From: Dehalococcoidia bacterium
GTDB taxonomy: Bacteria; Chloroflexota; Dehalococcoidia; Bin125
Direction of reading: 5' to 3'
Length of the DNA stretch: 64,000 nt
Assembly (NCBI GenBank): GCA_963663235.2
Contig: CAXXNO010000011.1
Coordinates: 64,001-128,000, forward strand
A model generated the notes under the pieces. It was not told the origin of the DNA. It worked only from the letters and a program-made list of their open reading frames with translations, and did not search any database. Made by a program: the position numbers and the translations under genes. Positions 11,824-21,995 of the stretch are shown piece after piece (positions within the stretch are counted from its first letter, which is position 1; every line of letters starts with the position of its first letter).

Positions 11824-11875
11824 GATGACCTGTCCCAACGACCAGCCGAAACGGCCCCCCCGATGGTCACGCGCC

Positions 11876-12637
11876 GTGCCTGATCGGGAACGCGAGCTCC
11901 ATGGGCGGGTTGCGCTGGTGACCGGCGGCTCGCGCGGGATCGGCCGGGCGATCGCCCTGGAGCTGGCGGCGCTGGGTGCGGACGTCGCGATCAGTTACGT
12001 GTCCCAGCCGGAAGGCGCGGAAGAGACCGCCCGTCTGGTGCGCGAGACGGGACGGCGGTGCCACGTGGTCGCCTGCAACGTGGACGACGCCGACGCCGTC
12101 ACCGCGATGGTGAAGAGCGCCGGCGACGAACTGGGGGCGCCCGACATCCTGGTGAACAACGCGGGGATCACGCGTGACACGCTGGTGATGCGCATGAGCG
12201 AGGCGGACTGGGACGCCGTGATAACCACCGATCTGCGCGGCGCATTCCTCTGCACGCGGGCCTGCCTGCGCGGCATGATGCGGAATCGTTGGGGGCGGAT
12301 CGTCAATATCGGGTCGGTGATTGGGAGCATGGGCGGTCCCGGCCAGGCCAACTACGCCGCCGCCAAGGCCGGGCTGGCGGGGTTCACCAAGGCGGTGGCG
12401 CGGGAAGTGGGGAGTCGGAACATCACGGCCAATCTCGTGGCGCCGGGGTTCATCCGCACCGATATCACGGCCGATCTGCCGCCGGAGTTGGCGGAGCGGG
12501 TGCAGGCCCAAATCGCGCTCCAGCGGCTGGGCGATCCCGAGGACGTGGCCCCCCTTGTGGCCTTTCTCACAACCGAGCGGGCCCGCTACGTGACAGGGCA
12601 AGTGATCCACGTCGATGGCGGCCTCGTGATGAATTGA
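11876..12637 (+). CDS. fabG: 3-oxoacyl-ACP reductase
   Basis: TGGSRGIG, NNAGITRD, GQANYAAAK; in the fab cluster. Confidence 0.92.
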   Translation: MPDRERELHGRVALVTGGSRGIGRAIALELAALGADVAISYVSQPEGAEETARLVRETGRRCHVVACNVDDADAVTAMVKSAGDELGAPDILVNNAGITRDTLVMRMSEADWDAVITTDLRGAFLCTRACLRGMMRNRWGRIVNIGSVIGSMGGPGQANYAAAKAGLAGFTKAVAREVGSRNITANLVAPGFIRTDITADLPPELAERVQAQIALQRLGDPEDVAPLVAFLTTERARYVTGQVIHVDGGLVMN

Positions 12638-12742
12638 ACGCATGACCTAGGGGTTGCCCTTGATTGCTGGGGCGATCGCCGCCGTGATATCGTGCGCCCA
12701 AGCATCATGGCGGGGGCCGCCTCGCTTCCGGCTCGAACGGAC

Positions 12743-13741
12743 ATGGTGACTATTTCAACGCGTGAACGGCGAGAGCCCGGCTTCGCGGTCGTCTTTCCCG
12801 GCCAGGGGTCCCAGTCGCGGGGAATGGCCGGGAAGGTGCTGCGCGTCTACCCCGAGGCGCGGGAGCGCTTTGAGCGCGCCTCCCAGATGCTCGATTACGA
12901 CCTGCTGCACCTGATTGAGCAAGGACCGGAAAAGGTCCTGGGCGACACCCTCCACTCGCAGCCGGCGATCTATACCGCCAGCATCGCCTGGTTCGACGCC
13001 TGGCGCGCCAAATGGGCGAGTGCGGGCCGCGATCTGCGGCCCGTGGCGATGGCCGGGCACAGCATGGGTCAGATCACCGCGATGGTGGCGGCGGGGGCGC
13101 TGGACTTCGAGCGTGGGCTGACCCTCGTGAGCGAGCGGGGCCGGATCATGCAGGAGGCCGGACTCGCCCGGCCGGGCGGCATGGCGTCCATCATCGGGCT
13201 GCGCGACCGCCTGGTGCGGGCGATCGTCGGCGAGGCCTGTACCGAGGGCACCTTGGTGGTGGCCAACGACAACGGCCCCGGCCACACGGTGGTATCCGGC
13301 GACGAGAGCGCGGTGCGGAAGGTGCTGCGCATCGCGGAAGACATGGGAGCGAAGCGCGCCGTGCGCTTGCCGATCTCGATCGCGTCGCATTCGCCGCTGA
13401 TGCAGAACGCCCAGCGCGAGTTCGGCGCCGTGGTGGATCGCATGCCCTGGCGTGACCCCGAAGTGAGCATCACCAGCAATATCGATGCCGCTCTGCTGCA
13501 AACACGCGAGGCGATGGTTAAGGAGTTGCACGAATCCCTCTTGGCGCCGGTGCGTTGGGACGCTGCCGTGAAGGCGATGGCCGGCCAGGGCGCGGAGCTC
13601 TTCGTCGAGGCCGGACCCGGGGACGTCCTCTCCAAGCTGGTGCGGCGGATCTCGCGCAAGGCGTGGACCTTCCCCGTCTCCGACGACGAGGACGGCTTGG
13701 CGCGGCGCGACTACCCGGCAATGACCGGCATTCCTAAGTGA
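12743..13741 (+). CDS. fabD: Malonyl-CoA:ACP transacylase
   Basis: FPGQGSQ, GHSMG, ASHSPLM, E.GPG. Confidence 0.9.
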   Translation: MVTISTRERREPGFAVVFPGQGSQSRGMAGKVLRVYPEARERFERASQMLDYDLLHLIEQGPEKVLGDTLHSQPAIYTASIAWFDAWRAKWASAGRDLRPVAMAGHSMGQITAMVAAGALDFERGLTLVSERGRIMQEAGLARPGGMASIIGLRDRLVRAIVGEACTEGTLVVANDNGPGHTVVSGDESAVRKVLRIAEDMGAKRAVRLPISIASHSPLMQNAQREFGAVVDRMPWRDPEVSITSNIDAALLQTREAMVKELHESLLAPVRWDAAVKAMAGQGAELFVEAGPGDVLSKLVRRISRKAWTFPVSDDEDGLARRDYPAMTGIPK

Positions 13742-14997
13742 CGAAAGGGCCCACCGTGACCCGGCGCGTCGTCGTCACGGGCCTTGGCGCCGTTTGCGCC
13801 GTGGGGAACGACCTGCCCACGACATGGGACAACCTGGTGGCCGGCGTATCGGGTGTCGCGCCGATCACCCGCTACGACGCGAGCCCCTTCAAGGTTGGCG
13901 TAGCGGCCGAGGTCAAGGAGTTCGATGCCAGCAAGCACATCGACGCCAAGACGCTCAAGCACATGGATCGCAACGTTGAGTACGGCGTCGTCTCGTCGCT
14001 CGAAGCGGTGTCGGACGCCGGTCTGGAGATCACAGAGGACAACCGAGACCGCGTGGGCGTGATCTTTGGATCCGGAGGTGGCGGCCTGGAAACAGCGTTC
14101 CGCTGGTACGATGTCGTCAAAGAGCGGGGCGTGCGCCGCGTATCTCCCTTCGCCATGCCCAACTTCATCGTCGATGCGGCCAGCGCGCACGTCGCCATCC
14201 AGACCGGCGCGGCTGGCCCCAACTACTCGCCGACCAGCGCCTGCGCCACCGGCACCAATGCCGTGGGCGAAGGCTTCGCGACGATCAAGCTGGGCCGGGC
14301 GGAGGCGATGATCGTCGGAGGTTCAGAGGCGGTGCTGTTGCCTTTCCTCCATGCCTGCTTCGAGATGATGGGCGTGGTGGCGCCGGAGACGGAGCCGCGC
14401 AACGCGGGCTGCCGCCCCTTCGATCTGCATCGCAACGGCTTCGTCCCTGGGGAAGGCGCCTGCTCGCTCATCTTGGAAGAGTTGGAGCACGCCCAGGCGC
14501 GGGGCGCGGAGATCTACGCCGAGGTCATCGGCTTCGGCAGCAGCAATGATGCCTACGACATGGTGGCGTCCGACGCCACCGGCCGTGGCTTGGTCAACGC
14601 GCTGCGCCAGGCGATGGATGAGGCCTGCCTGCCCGTGGGCGACGTGGGCTACGTCAACACGCACGGGACCGCGACACAGCTCAACGACCGCGTGGAGACG
14701 CTGGCGATCAAGCAGGTGTTCGGAGACCACGCGCGCAACATCCTGGTCTCGTCGATCAAGCCGGCCACCGGGCACATGATGAGCGCCAGCGGCGCGCTGG
14801 AGTGCGCGGTCACCGTCCTGGCGCTGCATCATGGGGTGATTCCGCCCACCTTGAACTACGAAACGCCCGACCCCGACTGCGACCTGGATTGCGTCCCCAA
14901 CACCGCGCGCGAGGTCAACCTGACCGCCGCGCTCTCCACTTCCGTGGGGCTGGGGGGGCACAACGCCGCGGTTCTTTTCCACCGCTGGGTAGGGTGA
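13738..14997 (+). CDS. fabF: Beta-ketoacyl-ACP synthase II (copy 1)
   Basis: RRVVVTGLG, SACATG, HGT, GH catalytic triad. Confidence 0.88.
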   Translation: MTKGPTVTRRVVVTGLGAVCAVGNDLPTTWDNLVAGVSGVAPITRYDASPFKVGVAAEVKEFDASKHIDAKTLKHMDRNVEYGVVSSLEAVSDAGLEITEDNRDRVGVIFGSGGGGLETAFRWYDVVKERGVRRVSPFAMPNFIVDAASAHVAIQTGAAGPNYSPTSACATGTNAVGEGFATIKLGRAEAMIVGGSEAVLLPFLHACFEMMGVVAPETEPRNAGCRPFDLHRNGFVPGEGACSLILEELEHAQARGAEIYAEVIGFGSSNDAYDMVASDATGRGLVNALRQAMDEACLPVGDVGYVNTHGTATQLNDRVETLAIKQVFGDHARNILVSSIKPATGHMMSASGALECAVTVLALHHGVIPPTLNYETPDPDCDLDCVPNTAREVNLTAALSTSVGLGGHNAAVLFHRWVG

Positions 14998-16253
14998 GCG
15001 ATCTGGACCGGACAGCGCCGCGCGTCGTAATCACGGGCATCGGGCCGGTGACCCCGATCGGAACCGGCGTCGACGAGTTCAGCGACAGCCTGTGCCGCGG
15101 CCGGTCCGGTGTGCGGCCGATCACCAGCTTCGATACCCAGGCGTTGAAGGTGCGCATCTCGGCCGACGTGCCGGACTTTGCCCCCGAGCGGTACATGACC
15201 GCCAAGGCCGCCAAGCGGATGGCCCGTTTCGCGCAGATGGGGGTGGGGGCGGCGCGGCTGGCGGTGGAGGATTCCGGGCTGGACTTGTCGGCCGTGGACC
15301 GCAATCGTGTTGGGGCGATCATCAACACCGGCGGAGGCGGAGTCACGACGATTAGCGACGAGACGCTGGTGCTGGCCAACCGCGGCCCGGGGCGGGTCAG
15401 CGCCTTGTTCGTCTCGGCGATGGCGCCGAACATGGCCGCCTGCCAAGTCTCGATGGAACTGGAGATCACCGGCCCGGTGATCTCGTCGGTGGCCGCCTGC
15501 GCCAGCTCGATCTACGCTTTCATGGATGCCGTTCACCTCATCCAGCGGGGCGAGGCGGACATCGTGTTGGCCGGCGGGGCCGAGGCCAGTATTTCGGCGT
15601 TAGCGATCAGCGCGCTAGCGAACATGCACGCGCTCTCGCGTCGCAACGAGGATCCGGAACGGGCGTCGCGCCCCTTCGACAAAGATCGTGACGGCTTCGT
15701 CATTGCGGAGGGCGCGGCCGTGTGCGTGCTGGAGCCGCTGGAGGCCGCGCGCGCCCGCGGCGCGCGCATCTACGCCGAGGTGCTCGGCGGGGGGCGGACC
15801 GCCGACGCCTATCACGTCAGCGCCCCCGAGCCGACGGGCAGCGGCGCCGCTCGCGCCATGCAGCGCGCCCTGGAGGCCTGTGCGCTGGAGCCCGCCGACG
15901 TCGATTACATCTGCGCACATGGGACCGGCACGCCGCTCAACGACGCCGCCGAAACGCGCGCCATCAAGCAGGTCTTCGGCGCGCATGCCTACGGATTGGC
16001 CGTGAGCTCGCCCAAAAGCCTCACCGGCCACCTCATGGGGGCGGCCGGCGCGCTGTCCGTGGCCGCCACCGCGCTGGCGATCCGGCGCCAGGAACTGCCG
16101 CCGACGATCAATCTTGACACCCCTGATCCCGAATGCGATCTTGACTACGTTCCGCACCGGAGCCGCAAGGCGCGCATTCAGGTGGCGATTGCGAACGGGT
16201 TCGGCTTTGGCGGACAGAACGCCGTCGTAGCGCTGGCGAAGGTCGATGAGTGA
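14994..16253 (+). CDS. fabF: Beta-ketoacyl-ACP synthase II (copy 2)
   Basis: RVVITGIG, AACASS, AHGTGT, GHLMGAAG, FGFGGQN; GTG start overlaps the previous stop. Confidence 0.88.
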   Translation: MSDLDRTAPRVVITGIGPVTPIGTGVDEFSDSLCRGRSGVRPITSFDTQALKVRISADVPDFAPERYMTAKAAKRMARFAQMGVGAARLAVEDSGLDLSAVDRNRVGAIINTGGGGVTTISDETLVLANRGPGRVSALFVSAMAPNMAACQVSMELEITGPVISSVAACASSIYAFMDAVHLIQRGEADIVLAGGAEASISALAISALANMHALSRRNEDPERASRPFDKDRDGFVIAEGAAVCVLEPLEAARARGARIYAEVLGGGRTADAYHVSAPEPTGSGAARAMQRALEACALEPADVDYICAHGTGTPLNDAAETRAIKQVFGAHAYGLAVSSPKSLTGHLMGAAGALSVAATALAIRRQELPPTINLDTPDPECDLDYVPHRSRKARIQVAIANGFGFGGQNAVVALAKVDE

Positions 16254-16322
16254 GCAGAGCGGGCACGGCGCGGTCCTGCAGGACGCCGCGGGGCAACCGC
16301 CGGGCGTGCGGGAGCGCAACCG

Positions 16323-16577
16323 GTGAGCACCATCCTGGAGCGGTTGTCCGAGATCATCGCCGAGCAGTTGCGCGTCGACGTGAGCAAGGTCCGGCAGGAC
16401 GCCCACCTCGTCGATGACCTGGGGGCGGACTCGCTGGACGTGGTGGATCTCTCCATTGCCTTGGAAGAGGAATTCGGCGGCGGCGAGCACCCGTTCGAGA
16501 TCACGGAGGAGGTCGCCGCCGCGATGCGAACGGTCCAGGACATCTTGGACTTCCTGGCGCGCCACGACATCTCCTAG
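16323..16577 (+). CDS. acpP: Acyl carrier protein
   Basis: DDLGADSLD phosphopantetheine site. Confidence 0.93.
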   Translation: MSTILERLSEIIAEQLRVDVSKVRQDAHLVDDLGADSLDVVDLSIALEEEFGGGEHPFEITEEVAAAMRTVQDILDFLARHDIS

Positions 16578-16591
16578 ATCGCCTGCGTCTT

Positions 16592-16909
16592 ATGCCCTTG
16601 CAGCGAATCCGTGCAACGCCGGCCGGCCAGCCGACGGGCCTGCCCAGCGCGCTCCGCGCGCAGGGGCTGCGGCTGGCGCCGGGGCGAACCCTCTTGAACC
16701 GGCGCGCGGACGGCACGGCGGCGTTGATTGTGGTGAGCGGGCGGCTGCTGGTCGGCGTCCCCGACGACGACGCCTGCCTCCAGCCGGGCGAAGGCGTTCT
16801 GTTGCCGGACGGTACGGGCTACTCCCTGCGGACGGAGGAGGACGTGGTGGCGGTGCTGTTCAAGCTGTCGGCAGAGGGCGGGCGGACGGAGAACGGCGAG
16901 TCCGCGTAG
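16592..16909 (+). CDS. Small cupin-like protein
   Basis: LIVVSGRL.V.......L.PGEGVLLP.G..Y cupin-like pattern. Confidence 0.5.
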   Translation: MPLQRIRATPAGQPTGLPSALRAQGLRLAPGRTLLNRRADGTAALIVVSGRLLVGVPDDDACLQPGEGVLLPDGTGYSLRTEEDVVAVLFKLSAEGGRTENGESA

Positions 16910-16922
16910 GAAGAGCGGGCGC

Positions 16923-17846
16923 TCAGTCCATTGAGACGAGCACCTTGTCCGGCCGCCAGAGATCGCTTGGCGGTTCGGCGGCGGCCAGCACGGCTACCAA
17001 GCGACCGCGGGTATCGGTGGCGAGAAGGTGCGGGCGGTCGCTGCGACCCGGCTGCAGGCGCAGCGACCGCCCGTGCAGCACCCGGATTAACTGATCATCG
17101 GGGAGCGTCACGCGGTCCCAGTCGCCAAAGAAGCGCTCAAGCGGGGCGGCAAGATCCCAGCCGCGGCCGTCCGCGAAGGCTTCCGCGAGCGCGTCTGGCG
17201 ATTGCGCTTCCTCGGCGCGCACGCTGCCGATGGCCGTCCGACGCATCTCGATCAAGTGCGCGCCGCAGCCTAAGGCCTCCCCCAGATCGCGGGCGATGGC
17301 GCGCACGTAGGTGCCGGTGCTGCAGCGGACCGAGAGCCGGAGCAGGGGACTGCTCCAGTCTTCGAGGTCGAGCGCATGGATCGTGGTCATCCGGGGCTTC
17401 AGGGAGAGCGGCTCGCCCCGTCGCGCGGCGCGATGCGCGGTGACCCCGCCGACCTTCACGGCGCTGTAGGTGGGGGGAACCTGCGAGATGGCGCCCCGAA
17501 AGCGATCGGCGAGCGCATCGATCTCCTCGATACGCAGCGCCGGGACGGTCCGCTCCGCGATCACCGCGCCCATGGCGTCATCCGTGTCCGTCCGGATGCC
17601 CAGACGCAGAGTCGCGCGGTAGCACTTGTCATAACCAGAGAGGTATTCGATGAGGCGGGTCGCTGGGCCCACGAAGACGGGGAGCAAGCCGGTGGCTAAT
17701 GGGTCCAGCGTGCCGGCATGGCCGGTCCGGCGGACGCCCGTCCAGTGCCGAACTTGTAGGACGATGTCGTGCGAGGTGGGACCGCTCGGCTTGTCGATAA
17801 GGAACAGCGCCGTTCGGCGGCCTGCGGCCGTTGTGGCTCCCATCAC
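16923..17846 (-). CDS. truB: tRNA pseudouridine(55) synthase
   Basis: DKPSGPTSHD, GHAGTLDPLATG, CSTGTYVR. Confidence 0.96.
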   Translation of the reverse strand: MMGATTAAGRRTALFLIDKPSGPTSHDIVLQVRHWTGVRRTGHAGTLDPLATGLLPVFVGPATRLIEYLSGYDKCYRATLRLGIRTDTDDAMGAVIAERTVPALRIEEIDALADRFRGAISQVPPTYSAVKVGGVTAHRAARRGEPLSLKPRMTTIHALDLEDWSSPLLRLSVRCSTGTYVRAIARDLGEALGCGAHLIEMRRTAIGSVRAEEAQSPDALAEAFADGRGWDLAAPLERFFGDWDRVTLPDDQLIRVLHGRSLRLQPGRSDRPHLLATDTRGRLVAVLAAAEPPSDLWRPDKVLVSMD

Positions 17847-18238
17847 TCGGTCGCGGGAGCGGTCGGGGCGCCCGGGGCGCCGGCCGTCCCGTCTTCCACG
17901 GCGACGCGGTCCATGAAGCTGAGCATCGCCTGGTCCCGCTCCAGGCGGTCATCGAGCTCGAAGCGGAGTTCCGGGATGCTTTTCATCGCGAGACGCGGTT
18001 TCAGCAGCCGCCGGATGAAGGGCTGGCCGTGATTCAGTGCGGCGATCGCCCCCGACCGCTCCTCCGCTGACCCCAGGACGGAGACCTGCACGCGCGCATG
18101 GCGGAGGTCCGGAGAGACGCGCACTTCGGTGATGGAGAGCATCTCCAGGTCCAGCCGGGGATCCTTCAGCTCCCGCGTGACGATCTCCGCCACGACCTCG
18201 CGCAGGAGCTCGTTGACGCGTTCGCGTCGACGAGCCAT
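17843..18238 (-). CDS. rbfA: Ribosome-binding factor A
   Basis: RRERV, KDPRL, SPDL..A.V, PELRF; lies between infB and truB. Confidence 0.95.
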   Translation of the reverse strand: MARRRERVNELLREVVAEIVTRELKDPRLDLEMLSITEVRVSPDLRHARVQVSVLGSAEERSGAIAALNHGQPFIRRLLKPRLAMKSIPELRFELDDRLERDQAMLSFMDRVAVEDGTAGAPGAPTAPATE

Positions 18239-18241
18239 GGC

Positions 18242-20074
18242 TCACGTCCGATTCGCGGTCGCCGGCGGCGTCCGCCCGCGGGTGATGGCGCGGCTTTGCT
18301 GCTCTTGGTGGAAGAACTCCAGCCGGTCGCCCGGCTCGAAGTCCTGGAAGCCCTCCACCGCGACGCCGAACTCCTGTCCGGCCTGCACTTCGCGCGCGTC
18401 GTTTTGAAAGCGGCGCAGGCTAGCAATCTTGCCCTCGGCCAGCCGTTGGTCTCCCCGCAACACGCGCACCAGCGCGTCGCGGCGGACGGTCCCTTCTATC
18501 GCGCGGGAGCCGGCCACATTGCCGAGGCGGCGGATGGCGAAGATCTGCAGCACCTCGGCCTGCGCGTCCACCACGTCCACCACGATCGGTTCGAGCAGGC
18601 CGCTGAGCGCCGCGTCGACCTCCTCCACCACCTTGTAGATCACGTCATAGCGGCGGATCTCGATGCCTTCCGCGGCGGCGAGCTTGGCCGCCCCGGGCGC
18701 GGCCTCCGTGTTGAAGGTGAGCACGATCCCTTTGGCCGCCAGGGCCAAGTTCACGTCGCTCTCGGTGACCGCGCCAACTGCGCCGTGGATCACCTTCACG
18801 CGGACCTCGTCGCCGGATAGCTGTTCCAGCGCGGTGCGGATCGGATCGACGCTGCCCTGGACATCGGTCTTCAGAATCAGGTTGAGCTCGCGGGTTGTGC
18901 CACGGCTGATCTCGCCAAAGAGCGCGTCCAGGCTGGCGGCATGGCCGACTTTCGCCGCGGCGGTCTCGCGGACGCGTTTGGCGCTCTCGTAGATGGCCTT
19001 GGCCTCTCGCTCGTTCTTCATGACGCGGAAGCGGTCACCAGCCTCGGCGATATCTTGGATACCAAGGATGGACACCGGGGTCGAGGGTCCGGCCGCGGTG
19101 ATGCGCCGGCCGCGAAAATCCAGCAGGGCCTTGACTTTGCCCCACGTTTCGCCGACCAAGAGCGTCGCGCCCGGCCGCAGGGTTCCCCGCTGCACGAGCA
19201 CGGTTGTCCGCGACCCCTGGCGGCGGTCGAGTTCCGCCTCCAAGACCACGCCGTCCGCGATGCGGTCTGGGTTACCTTTGAGATCTTGCAGCTCGGCGAC
19301 CAGCAGGATCGTCTCGAGGAGGTTGTCCAGCCCTTCGCGCGTCACGGCGGACACGGGAACCAGCGGAACATCGCCGCCGTACTCCTCAATCACGACCTCT
19401 CGTTCGGTGAGTTGGGACTTGACGCGATCCGGGTTGGCGTTGGGGAGATCGATCTTGTTGAGGGCGACGATCATCGGCACACCGGCGGCGCGAATGTGAT
19501 CGATCGCCTCGATCGTCTGCGGCATCACGCCATCATCCGCTGCGACGACGAGGACGGCGATATCCGTGGCTCCGACACCGCGGGCCCGCATCTGCGTAAA
19601 CGCCTCGTGGCCGGGCGTGTCCAGGAAGGTGATCAACTGGTCGTTACACATCGCCTGATAGGCGCCGATGTGCTGCGTGATGCCGCCCGCCTCGCCGGCG
19701 GTCACGCGTGTATCGCGGACCAAGTCGAGCAGGCTGGTCTTGCCATGGTCGACGTGACCGAGCAGCGCCACGACCGGATGGCGCGGCCGCAGGGAAGCGG
19801 CCGCGTCCGGCGTTTCGTCGGCGAAGAGGTCAATGGTTGCGGATGCGGCCGGGTCTTCCAGGACTTCGCCGCCTTGCGTTGGCTGGAAGCCGAACTGCGT
19901 GGCGATCATCGCCGCGGTGTCGTAGTCGATCGTTTTCGTGACGTCCGCCATGACGCTGCTTGCGATCAAGGTCTTGACGATCTGCACGCCCGTGACGCCG
20001 AGGAGGTCGGCGAGCTCGCGCACCGTCAGCGTGCGGGGGATCTGAACGGGCTTCTCGCCAGCTTCAGTCGTCAT
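18242..20074 (-). CDS. infB: Translation initiation factor IF-2
   Basis: [26 protein letters not shown]. Confidence 0.97.
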   Translation of the reverse strand: MTTEAGEKPVQIPRTLTVRELADLLGVTGVQIVKTLIASSVMADVTKTIDYDTAAMIATQFGFQPTQGGEVLEDPAASATIDLFADETPDAAASLRPRHPVVALLGHVDHGKTSLLDLVRDTRVTAGEAGGITQHIGAYQAMCNDQLITFLDTPGHEAFTQMRARGVGATDIAVLVVAADDGVMPQTIEAIDHIRAAGVPMIVALNKIDLPNANPDRVKSQLTEREVVIEEYGGDVPLVPVSAVTREGLDNLLETILLVAELQDLKGNPDRIADGVVLEAELDRRQGSRTTVLVQRGTLRPGATLLVGETWGKVKALLDFRGRRITAAGPSTPVSILGIQDIAEAGDRFRVMKNEREAKAIYESAKRVRETAAAKVGHAASLDALFGEISRGTTRELNLILKTDVQGSVDPIRTALEQLSGDEVRVKVIHGAVGAVTESDVNLALAAKGIVLTFNTEAAPGAAKLAAAEGIEIRRYDVIYKVVEEVDAALSGLLEPIVVDVVDAQAEVLQIFAIRRLGNVAGSRAIEGTVRRDALVRVLRGDQRLAEGKIASLRRFQNDAREVQAGQEFGVAVEGFQDFEPGDRLEFFHQEQQSRAITRGRTPPATANRT

Positions 20075-20378
20075 CGGCGGCTCCGTTCCCGTCGGCGGCC
20101 AGACGCAGGGCGTAGTCGCGCAAGCGCCGGCGGTCGGTCTCGTTCAGGGCCGTGCGCAAGGCTACGCCCAAGCGGTCGCCCTGGAGCGCCGCCGTCCAGC
20201 ATGGCGGCCGGGGGCAGAGGTAGCCGCCGCGGCCGGGGGCCCGGCCGCGGGAGTCGACGACGACCGCACCCTCGCGCGTGCGCACCACGCGCAGCAAGGC
20301 GCTCTTGTCGGTCGTGCTGCGACAACCGACGCACGTCCGTTGCGGGAGGCGCGGGGCTGGAGTCTTGGTCTCGACCAT
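20064..20378 (-). CDS. ylxR: YlxR/RnpM family RNA-binding protein
   Basis: PQRTCVGCR, GRGGYLC; lies between nusA and infB. Confidence 0.9.
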   Translation of the reverse strand: MVETKTPAPRLPQRTCVGCRSTTDKSALLRVVRTREGAVVVDSRGRAPGRGGYLCPRPPCWTAALQGDRLGVALRTALNETDRRRLRDYALRLAADGNGAADDD

Positions 20379-20407
20379 CGGCCTTCTTGCACGCTGTGGG
20401 ATCCGGG

Positions 20408-21868
20408 TTACTCGTCGTCCTTGTTGTACTCGGCGTACGGATCTTCATCCAGCCCTTCGTCGCTCTCGACGTACTGCTTGACTCGCTTTTTCTTGCGCGG
20501 CCGCTGCGGTTCCTCCGTTGGGCGTGCCAAGACGTCTTCCGCGAAGCGGATCCGGCCGGGCTCAGAGGCAACGGTCGCCACCTCGACCGCGGCCAGGGCC
20601 GGCTCGAACTGCTCCTCGGGCTCTTGAGCGGCCTCTTCTTCCCCGCCTGCTGCCTCGCGCCGGTCCGGTTGTGCGGCAGACTCGACGGCGGCGGCCACGA
20701 GTTCCGGCTCCTCGGCGGCGGCCGGCGTTGGCGCGGCCTGAGGGGCCTCGGCCTCCGGCGGGGCGGCCTCGGCGACCGGCAGCTCCGGCTGCGGGGCCAG
20801 CGGTCCGACTCCGTCCTCCGCCAGCTTCTCCGCCAGGGAGAGCGGCTTGATGTCGATGCGCATCCCCGTCAGACGGGCCGCCAGGCGGGCGTTCTGCCCC
20901 TCCTTGCCGATGGCCAGGGACAGCTGCGTATCCGGCACGGCGATCTCGGCCGTGTTCGTCTCTGGATCCACGCGGACGGCCACCACCTGGGCGGGCCCCA
21001 GCGCGTGGGCGACGTAGCGGCGCGGATCACGGTCCCACTGGATCACGTCCACGCGCTCCCCCTGGAGCTCGTTGACGATGTTCTGGATGCGGACGCCGCG
21101 CATGCCGACGCAGGCGCCCACTGGATCCAGCCCTTCCTGGTGACTGTGGACGGCGATCTTGGTGCGATGCCCAGGCTCGCGGGCCACGCCCATGATCTCG
21201 ACCAGGCCGCGCAGAATCTCCGGCACTTCCAGCTCAAAGAGCCGACGAATCAGATTCTTGTGGGTGCGCGAGACCACGACTTGCGGCCCCTTGTTGGTCT
21301 TGAGGACCTCCAGCAGATACACGCGGATGCGCTGGCCCGGCCGGGGGTGCTCCATGCGGACCTGCTCCGTGGGCGGCAGGACGGCTTCCGTGCGGCCGAG
21401 GTCAATGATCACCTGGCGCGCCTCTATGCGCTGCACCACGCCGGACAGGATGTCCCCCTCTTGGCCTGAGTACTCGTCGTAGACGACCTCGCGCTCGGCC
21501 TCGCGGAGTCGCTGGAGCACGACCTGTTTGGCGGTCTGGGCCGCGATGCGGCCAGCGTCGCCCACGGTTTCTTCGCGCGTGAGCGTGTCGCCTATCTGGA
21601 TGTCTGCCTGGATGCCGCGGGCGCGGTCAAGGTCGATCTGGAGGTCTTTGTCGGCGATATCCTCTTCCACCTCGACCACTTCGCGCTCAGACCAGACCCT
21701 GAGAGCGCCCGAGATGCGATCGATACGAACGTGCGTTTCGCCTTGGATCTCGTAGTCGCGTTTGTAGGCCGCGGCCAGCCCGGACTCCACCGCTTCGAAG
21801 ACCACGTCTTCCGGCAGATTCTTTTCCGATGTGAGCTGGGTAATGGCTGTCAGGAAGTCAGGAGTCAT
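20408..21868 (-). CDS. nusA: Transcription factor NusA
   Basis: [32 protein letters not shown]. Confidence 0.97.
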   Translation of the reverse strand: MTPDFLTAITQLTSEKNLPEDVVFEAVESGLAAAYKRDYEIQGETHVRIDRISGALRVWSEREVVEVEEDIADKDLQIDLDRARGIQADIQIGDTLTREETVGDAGRIAAQTAKQVVLQRLREAEREVVYDEYSGQEGDILSGVVQRIEARQVIIDLGRTEAVLPPTEQVRMEHPRPGQRIRVYLLEVLKTNKGPQVVVSRTHKNLIRRLFELEVPEILRGLVEIMGVAREPGHRTKIAVHSHQEGLDPVGACVGMRGVRIQNIVNELQGERVDVIQWDRDPRRYVAHALGPAQVVAVRVDPETNTAEIAVPDTQLSLAIGKEGQNARLAARLTGMRIDIKPLSLAEKLAEDGVGPLAPQPELPVAEAAPPEAEAPQAAPTPAAAEEPELVAAAVESAAQPDRREAAGGEEEAAQEPEEQFEPALAAVEVATVASEPGRIRFAEDVLARPTEEPQRPRKKKRVKQYVESDEGLDEDPYAEYNKDDE

Positions 21869-21897
21869 ATCACCACCGGCTGGGCATCCCGGTCTCC

Positions 21898-21961
21898 AAA
21901 CGAGAGAAGGTGGGCAGAGCCCACCTTCAGCGAAGAACGCTTAGGATTCTTATCAAGTATA
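21898..21961 (-). promoter_or_regulatory. nusA promoter and rimP-leader-like hairpin attenuator
   Basis: Minus strand TGnTATACT extended -10 (hexamer 21961-21956), then hairpin GAAGGTGGGC-TCT-GCCCACCTTC (21928-21906) followed by TCTCGTTT. Confidence 0.6.
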
Positions 21962-21995
21962 GCAAACGCCGCAGAGGCCCGCCATGCAGGAAGGG

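Noticed and set aside
18941-21469. Long antisense ORFs (842 aa here, also 55250-57196 and others)
   Set aside because: These are shadow frames of real high-GC genes on the opposite strand, with no recognisable motifs.
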